From a bacterium (GTDB lineage Bacteria > Zhuqueibacterota > Zhuqueibacteria > Oceanimicrobiales > Oceanimicrobiaceae), in contig JBBIIG010000015.1 in the NCBI GenBank assembly GCA_037446635.1, forward strand, positions 1 to 32,038: 32,038 bases of DNA, given 5' to 3'. Made by a program: the position numbers and the translations under genes. Below, piece after piece: positions 26,369-32,038 of the stretch (position 1 is the first letter of the stretch; each line of letters starts with the position of its first letter). The notes under the pieces are model-generated. The model did no database searches, was not told where the DNA came from, and saw only the letters and a list, made by a program, of their open reading frames with translations.

Positions 26369-26457
26369 TGGATTAATGGATAATTGGATTATTGGATCAC
26401 TGGCTTAACTCTTATAGCCCCTTTCATTGATCCATTACTCCACCACGCCATTACTCC
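26369..26457. repeat. Inverted array of octamer tandem repeats (TGGATNNN x4 / NNNNTCCA-like x4)
   Basis: tggattaa-tggataat-tggattat-tggatcac-tgg (26369-26403) faces ttgatcca-ttactcca-ccacgcca-ttactcc (26427-26457), in the wzm-wzt spacer. Confidence 0.75.
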
Positions 26458-26513
26458 GCTTTCTAAAGACGTACGGCGCTGGTATGACTGACAAATACTG
26501 AGGATAAGCCTGA

Positions 26514-27860
26514 ATGTCGGACATAGTGATTCAAGCTGAAAATCTCGGCAAGAAATACACAATAGGACACCACAACCAAAACGGCCGCAGCCGCTATACC
26601 GCCCTGCGCGACGTGCTGGCGCAGAACGCCCGCAGTGTTTGGCACAAAACCCGCGATCTCATGCAGGGCAAGCCCCTCATTCATGGCGACTCGTTTGAAG
26701 AAGTGTGGGCGTTGAAAGATGTCAGCTTTGAGGTGAAGCGCGGCGAAGTGATTGGTATCATTGGCCGCAACGGCGCCGGCAAAAGTACCCTGCTAAAAAT
26801 TTTAAGCCGAATTACTGAGCCGACTACCGGACGGGTGACCATAAAGGGACGAGTAGCCAGCCTGCTGGAAGTAGGCACCGGCTTTCACCCTGAATTGACG
26901 GGCCGTGAAAATATTTTCTTGAATGGGGCCATCTTAGGAATGACGCGCGCTGAAATTAAGAAGAAGTTTGATGAAATTGTTGCCTTTGCCGAAGTGGAGA
27001 AATTCATTGACACGCCGGTGAAACGATTCTCCAGCGGGATGTACGTGCGGTTGGCCTTTGCCGTGGCCGCGCATCTGGAGCCAGAGATTTTGGTGGTGGA
27101 CGAGGTGCTGGCGGTTGGGGATGCAGAGTTCCAGAAGAAATGCTTAGGAAAAATGGGAGACGTGGCGAAGGATGGACGGACGGTGTTGTTTGTGAGCCAT
27201 AATATGGCAATGATTCGAACGTTATGTCCTCGAACCATTCTCTTTTACGGCGGTCGACCCTTGTTTGATGGTGAGACGTCAATTGCCATCTCAGAATACA
27301 CAGGTGGAGGAAAACAGCAAATCAATGGAAGATTAAATACGATTGGAAGACAAGGGTCTCCAACTAAGGCATTTGTTGCGGATGCATGGTTGGAAATTGG
27401 CGGTAAACCAGTGACTTCTCTCCTTTTCGGCCAAGTTGCTGATTTAATAATCGAAATAGAAATTAGTGAGCCAATAACCTTCAGTGTCGAATTGTTGCTC
27501 CGACAAGCCGATGGCTTGCCTGTTGCCTTTGCACCAAGCGGGTTAGCGCAAGATTGGGAAATAGAGGCTGCGCCTGGAAAAGTGAGCGTATGTGCACAAC
27601 TTCCTCCGGCAAGATTGGCTACGGGCAATTATAAGATTGATATTATGTTGGCTGTTACGAATCAGTATTTTCTGGATTACATTGAGGGAGCACTTCCATT
27701 TCGGGTCGAAAAAGCATCTATTGGCAATCGATACTGGAGCTTCACTCAAAAGCGTGGTCAAGGCCACGAGCTTTGGGATGTTAAGTTTGTCCTATCTGAA
27801 CACCAAATACGAAGCACGCTGCCAATACCCTTTGAAAACCATTTAGAACCATCAGAATAA
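26514..27860 (+). CDS. wzt: Polysaccharide ABC transporter ATP-binding protein with C-terminal carbohydrate-binding domain (Wzt/RfbB)
   Basis: Walker A 'GRNGAGKST', 'GTGFHPELTGREN', signature 'FSSGM', 'ILVVDEVL', 'FVSH'; C-terminal Wzt_C-like 'LATGNYKI...EGALPFRV'. Confidence 0.95.
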   Translation: MSDIVIQAENLGKKYTIGHHNQNGRSRYTALRDVLAQNARSVWHKTRDLMQGKPLIHGDSFEEVWALKDVSFEVKRGEVIGIIGRNGAGKSTLLKILSRITEPTTGRVTIKGRVASLLEVGTGFHPELTGRENIFLNGAILGMTRAEIKKKFDEIVAFAEVEKFIDTPVKRFSSGMYVRLAFAVAAHLEPEILVVDEVLAVGDAEFQKKCLGKMGDVAKDGRTVLFVSHNMAMIRTLCPRTILFYGGRPLFDGETSIAISEYTGGGKQQINGRLNTIGRQGSPTKAFVADAWLEIGGKPVTSLLFGQVADLIIEIEISEPITFSVELLLRQADGLPVAFAPSGLAQDWEIEAAPGKVSVCAQLPPARLATGNYKIDIMLAVTNQYFLDYIEGALPFRVEKASIGNRYWSFTQKRGQGHELWDVKFVLSEHQIRSTLPIPFENHLEPSE

Positions 27861-27896
27861 TTCAGAACAATCCTTTTATACCCCCAATATTCTGCT

Positions 27897-29000
27897 GTGA
27901 AAATTGACTATTTGATTGTTGGCTCCGGTCTTACCGGCTCCGTTATTGCCCGTACTTTAAACGACGTTGGGAAGCAGGTTCTGGTTGTTGAACGCCGACC
28001 ACACCTCGGCGGTAACGTTCATGATCATTTCCATCCAAGCGGTATTCGCATCCACAGCTACGGTCCTCATTATTTTCGTACGAATAATGAAAAGCTCTGG
28101 GCTTTTGTCAATCGTTTCTCAAAGTTCTATACATATGAGGCAGCACTTAAGTCCTGGGTGGACGGTCGTTACGAGAACTGGCCAATTGCGGGCAGCTACA
28201 TTCGCCAACGTATCGGCCAGAATTGGCAGCCTGAATTTGGCGGCCAACCAACGAACTTCGAGGAAGCGTCTCTCGCCCTGATGCCGCGACTGATTTATGA
28301 AAAATTTGTGAAAGGTTACACCGAAAAGCAATGGGGTGTGTCCGCCAAAATGCTTTCAGCAGACCTTGCCAAACGTTTTGATGTGCGCGCGGATGATGAA
28401 CCAAGGCTGATGCGGCACAAATACCAGGGCATCCCAGTTGACGGTTACGCAAATCTAATGTCTCGCATGCTTGAGGGAATTCCGATTGTCCTGAATTGTG
28501 ATTACCTAAAACACCGCGAGCTATTTCATGCACGGAAGTTAACCGTATTTACTGGGCCGATCGACGAATACTTTGGGTTTGACCTGGGCCGACTAAAATA
28601 CCGGGGTCAACGCCGCGAACACGAGTACCTTCCGGATGTCGATTTCGTTCAACCATGTGGTCAAGTCAACAATCCCGATCCCACTAATGGTGGTCATATT
28701 CGCACTTTGGAGTGGAAACACATGATGCCGCGAGAATATGCAGCGCGCATTCGCGGGACTGTACTCACACGGGAGACCACAATCACGCCTGAGGATCCGA
28801 GCAACTATGAATATCCATTTCCTGACGAAGCTAATACGAGACTTTATCAGACTTACCGCGCACGGGCGGAAAAGATATCGAATCTTCTGATTTGCGGCCG
28901 GCTTGGAGAATATCGTTATTACGATATGGATCAAGCCATCGCACGCGCCTTGGTGTTGGCCAGAAGAATTCTAACGCAACAAATTGAAAGCACGGATTAA
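27897..29000 (+). CDS. glf: UDP-galactopyranose mutase
   Basis: FAD motif 'IVGSGLTG', 'HLGGN', 'HSYGPHYF', 'GYTEKQWG', 'YQGIPVDGY', 'TGPIDEYF', 'GRLGEYRYYDMDQAI'. Confidence 0.95.
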   Translation: MKIDYLIVGSGLTGSVIARTLNDVGKQVLVVERRPHLGGNVHDHFHPSGIRIHSYGPHYFRTNNEKLWAFVNRFSKFYTYEAALKSWVDGRYENWPIAGSYIRQRIGQNWQPEFGGQPTNFEEASLALMPRLIYEKFVKGYTEKQWGVSAKMLSADLAKRFDVRADDEPRLMRHKYQGIPVDGYANLMSRMLEGIPIVLNCDYLKHRELFHARKLTVFTGPIDEYFGFDLGRLKYRGQRREHEYLPDVDFVQPCGQVNNPDPTNGGHIRTLEWKHMMPREYAARIRGTVLTRETTITPEDPSNYEYPFPDEANTRLYQTYRARAEKISNLLICGRLGEYRYYDMDQAIARALVLARRILTQQIESTD

Positions 29001-29008
29001 GTTTTTCT

Positions 29009-29968
29009 ATGAATAATGAAATTCATCACCCGCCAAGCATAGCGCCGGTGCCGGATGGCATCAAGCGACCCCTATGGTCGGTGATGATCCCCACTTACAA
29101 TTGCGCTAAATATCTTCGGCAAACTTTGGAAAGCGTGCTGTGCCAGGACCCGGGCGCTGATCAGATGCAGATTGAGGTTGTGGATGATTGTTCCACAAAG
29201 GACGACCCGGAAGCTGTTGTAAAAGAAGTTGGAAATGGCCGAGTCGGGTTTTTTCGCAAACCACAAAATGAAGGGGCCACGGCCAACTTCAACACCTGCA
29301 TTCAACGCAGTCGCGGACATCTGGTGCACATTCTTCACGGCGATGATTATGTGCTGCCGGGATTTTACGCCAAAATCGCGAATATGGCAAACCAGCATCC
29401 AGAGGTATCTTTGCTTGCCACGCGTTCTTTCTTCGTGGACGAAGCGGGCGTGATTGCTAAGGTCAGCGAAAGGCTTGCAGAGCTAGAGAATGGATCGCAT
29501 GACATTCGCAGGTTTTTGTATGGTACGCCTCTTCAAACTCCGAGCGTGGTCGTCCGAAGACATTTCTATGAGAATCATGGTGGATTCTTACCAACCCTGG
29601 TACATGCTGCAGACTGGGAAATGTGGACACGCAATACAAAATTAGGAGGCGCAGTGGTTGCGCCAGAGGTGCTTTCATGCTATCGCGTCTTTGCCGCAAA
29701 TGACTCATCTCGCTTGCGGCAAACCGCGGACAACTTAAGGGATTTACAAAGATTGTTCGGGTTGCTTGCCAGTCGCTATCCTGAGTTCAGCATGAAAAAA
29801 GCCCGGAGGAGAATGTCTAAACTTGCATTATCGCAGGCTTGGGCGTTCGCCGAAAACGGCAATCGTCCGGCGTCAAAAGCCAATCTGCGTTTCTGGCGCA
29901 GCATTGCCACGCCACAACTTTGGTTGCATCGTACTGCATTAAGCGCCTTAAGATATTCTTCAAAATAG
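29009..29968 (+). CDS. Glycosyltransferase family 2
   Basis: 'SVMIPTYN', 'EVVDDCSTKD', 'ILHGDD', 'AADWEMW'. Confidence 0.92.
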   Translation: MNNEIHHPPSIAPVPDGIKRPLWSVMIPTYNCAKYLRQTLESVLCQDPGADQMQIEVVDDCSTKDDPEAVVKEVGNGRVGFFRKPQNEGATANFNTCIQRSRGHLVHILHGDDYVLPGFYAKIANMANQHPEVSLLATRSFFVDEAGVIAKVSERLAELENGSHDIRRFLYGTPLQTPSVVVRRHFYENHGGFLPTLVHAADWEMWTRNTKLGGAVVAPEVLSCYRVFAANDSSRLRQTADNLRDLQRLFGLLASRYPEFSMKKARRRMSKLALSQAWAFAENGNRPASKANLRFWRSIATPQLWLHRTALSALRYSSK

Positions 29969-29986
29969 TAAAGCGCTCTTCACAAA

Positions 29987-30922
29987 ATGATTATGATATC
30001 TGCCATAATCTGCACAAGAAATCGCTCGCACTATTTGTCCAAAGCTATTGATAGCTTGTGTAAACAAAGCCTCGCTTTAAATGAGTATGAAATTATCGTT
30101 GTTGACAACGCTTCGACAGACGATACAAAAGACATCGTTTGCGAGATTCAGCAGAAAGCCCTAAACCTAGTTTATGTTTATGAGTCTGAACCGGGCTTAT
30201 CTTCCGCAAGAAACACCGGCTGGCGAAATGCCCGAGGCAAATACGTTGCGTATTTGGATGATGATGCCATAGCCAGTCCAAAGTGGTTGGAGGAAATAAT
30301 AAATGCGTTCGAAAAAACAGATCCCCGACCAGCTTGCGTTGGCGGAAAGATCCTACCCCTGTGGGAAATAGAAAAACCATATTGGTTTCCCAAACAGTTT
30401 TTGAAATCACTGACAATATTAGATTACGGGGAAACTCCGATTTTTCTGAATGATGATAGGATAGTCGCTGGTGCCAACATTGCTTTTCGAAAAGACCTTT
30501 TAGCAGAGATCGGAGGTTTCGATAAGCGATTTACAAATTATTCGGATGAGGTGTTTGTGCTTGAACGAATTCGAAAACTTGGAATGCAAATCCTCTATTG
30601 TCCAAATGCTTGCGTAGAGCACCTTATTCCTAAAGAGAGATTAACCGAACAGTATATTTGCAGAAGAAAATACTTAGGCGGCAAGGGAGAGTTTTTGATG
30701 CTACTTGAGAGAAAACAAAAGTCTTTAGGCAGACTCTGGTTTATTGCTAAGAACTTGCTGGGCCGCCCTTTTGATATGTTAAGGCACTCGATTTTGTGGA
30801 TAGTCTATCGATCGAAGCAAGATTATCAAAAATCGATTATCTACAAGGTTTATTTTTATAGAAGCATGGGCTTTCTAATTCAATCTTGCAATTCAAGGCT
30901 ATTTGGAAAATCATTCCTCTAA
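29987..30922 (+). CDS. Glycosyltransferase family 2
   Basis: 'SAIICTRNR', 'IIVVDNASTD', 'GLSSARN', 'YLDDD', 'GANIAFRK', 'GGFD'. Confidence 0.93.
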   Translation: MIMISAIICTRNRSHYLSKAIDSLCKQSLALNEYEIIVVDNASTDDTKDIVCEIQQKALNLVYVYESEPGLSSARNTGWRNARGKYVAYLDDDAIASPKWLEEIINAFEKTDPRPACVGGKILPLWEIEKPYWFPKQFLKSLTILDYGETPIFLNDDRIVAGANIAFRKDLLAEIGGFDKRFTNYSDEVFVLERIRKLGMQILYCPNACVEHLIPKERLTEQYICRRKYLGGKGEFLMLLERKQKSLGRLWFIAKNLLGRPFDMLRHSILWIVYRSKQDYQKSIIYKVYFYRSMGFLIQSCNSRLFGKSFL

Positions 30923-30924
30923 TT

Positions 30925-32038
30925 ATGGAAGTGTTGTATTTTACCCCCTCTGATATCCAAGTCGCTCGCGTGGATCGCCAATGTATCATGAAATTTTGCG
31001 AAGCCCTGGCGCGCATCAATGGCATCGTTGTGAATCTGGTAACGGTAAGAATTCGACTTTCAAAGTATGAACCAAACCACAGCGATATTTTTAAGTTGTA
31101 CGGTGTTCAGCATCTCTTTAAGATCATTTCCATTCCGACCTTACTCAGGCAGGAAAAGAGAAAAAAATATCTTTCTGCTGTGATGATTTTCCTAAGTTAT
31201 TCTTTTTTTGTGCTCTATTATTGTACCACAAAAAGACGACGGGTCAGAACGGTCGTTTATTTCAAAAATTATCTCTACGGCCTCCCGTTTATTCTTGCTC
31301 GCCAAATCTTAGCCAAGGATTTAAAGCTCATTTTTGAAGCGCATGTGTTGCCTCGCAACGCTTTTCAAAGGTGGACGCTCTCGAGAATGGATGGAGTGGT
31401 GGCCAATTCCAATTCGCTTGCTAAAGATTTGGCAGAAGCTAAACTTGTCAGTAGGACAAATGTACTGGGAATCCATCAGGGTGTCAATCTTGATTACGTT
31501 GAGAGCATTAGACTTTCGAAGTTAGAGAGCAGAAAGAAACTGGGACTGCCAATCACGAGCAAAATAGCTGTCTACACCGGCAAAGTCTACGATGGCTACG
31601 AAGAGATTGACTATTATGTGGAAACCGCCAAACTGCTGCCTGCCGATGTGCGGCTGCTAATCGTCGGGGGGCGTAAAGATCATGTCGAGCGCCTCAAAAA
31701 GAAAACCGCAAAGATAGCCAATCTCAGTTTTCAGAGTTTTGTGCCCCCTTCGGAAATTTATTATTATATGTTTGCTGCGGATGCCTTGTTGCTTTATTAT
31801 GCCCCGGGTTCGGAGCTCAACAACTATCGCTCACCGGGAAAGCTGTTTGATTACATGGCCGCTATGTCTCCGATTGTGGCCGCCGACTATCCGGTGCTGA
31901 AAGAAATCCTGGTGCACGAACACAACGCTCTGCTCGTTCCCAAAGCAAATCCTCGGGAGCTGGCAAGCGCCATTCTTAGGGTCGTGTACGATGAACACAT
32001 GGCACAAAGGCTGGCGAAAAACGCCTACCAGGAAGTGC
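30925..32038 (+). CDS. Glycosyltransferase family 4 (3'-partial; not in the supplied ORF track)
   Basis: Manual translation from ATG 30925 stays open to the window end: 'MEVLYFTPSD...FEAH...HQGV...YTGKV...IVGG...AADALL...SPGKLFDYMAAMSPIVAADYPVLKEILVHEHNALLV'. Confidence 0.9.
   Translation, partial: MEVLYFTPSDIQVARVDRQCIMKFCEALARINGIVVNLVTVRIRLSKYEPNHSDIFKLYGVQHLFKIISIPTLLRQEKRKKYLSAVMIFLSYSFFVLYYCTTKRRRVRTVVYFKNYLYGLPFILARQILAKDLKLIFEAHVLPRNAFQRWTLSRMDGVVANSNSLAKDLAEAKLVSRTNVLGIHQGVNLDYVESIRLSKLESRKKLGLPITSKIAVYTGKVYDGYEEIDYYVETAKLLPADVRLLIVGGRKDHVERLKKKTAKIANLSFQSFVPPSEIYYYMFAADALLLYYAPGSELNNYRSPGKLFDYMAAMSPIVAADYPVLKEILVHEHNALLVPKANPRELASAILRVVYDEHMAQRLAKNAYQEV

Noticed and set aside
26061..26408. 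115-aa + strand ORF bridging the wzm end and the octamer array
   Set aside because: It mostly overlaps wzm out of frame, and its tail is just the translated repeat.

Overview
All genes lie on the + strand of this bacterial window, which comes from a diderm; gene content suggests an FCB-group lineage such as KSB1/Calditrichota, but this cannot be proven here. Block 1 (1-16975) is an uncharacterised, tightly coupled locus. It encodes two APH/choline-kinase-fold proteins that both lack the catalytic HGD aspartate, three GT4 glycosyltransferases, a TPR-sensor histidine kinase with an OmpR-family regulator, an HPr-kinase-like P-loop protein and a divergent RtcB-fold ligase. After a Pho-box-like 11-bp-periodic operator come a DUF5666 protein, a TolC/MacA/MacB-type exporter with no ATPase gene, and a Kelch lipoprotein. 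Block 2 (17373-32038) is a surface-polysaccharide operon led by a NusG-paralog (UpxY-type) antiterminator with an ops-like pause element. It holds a split, order-reversed YjbH/GfcD pair, a Cys-rich lipoprotein, an SLBB (Wza-like) protein, Wzc, a Gfo/Idh/MocA dehydrogenase, Wzm/Wzt, Glf and glycosyltransferases. Its intergenic spacers carry several distinct, partly nested palindromic REP-like elements. The best candidate for a novel system is Block 1, in which RtcB and pseudokinase folds may have been repurposed for phospho-glycan or glycoconjugate chemistry. No database searches were run: family calls rest on motif recognition.
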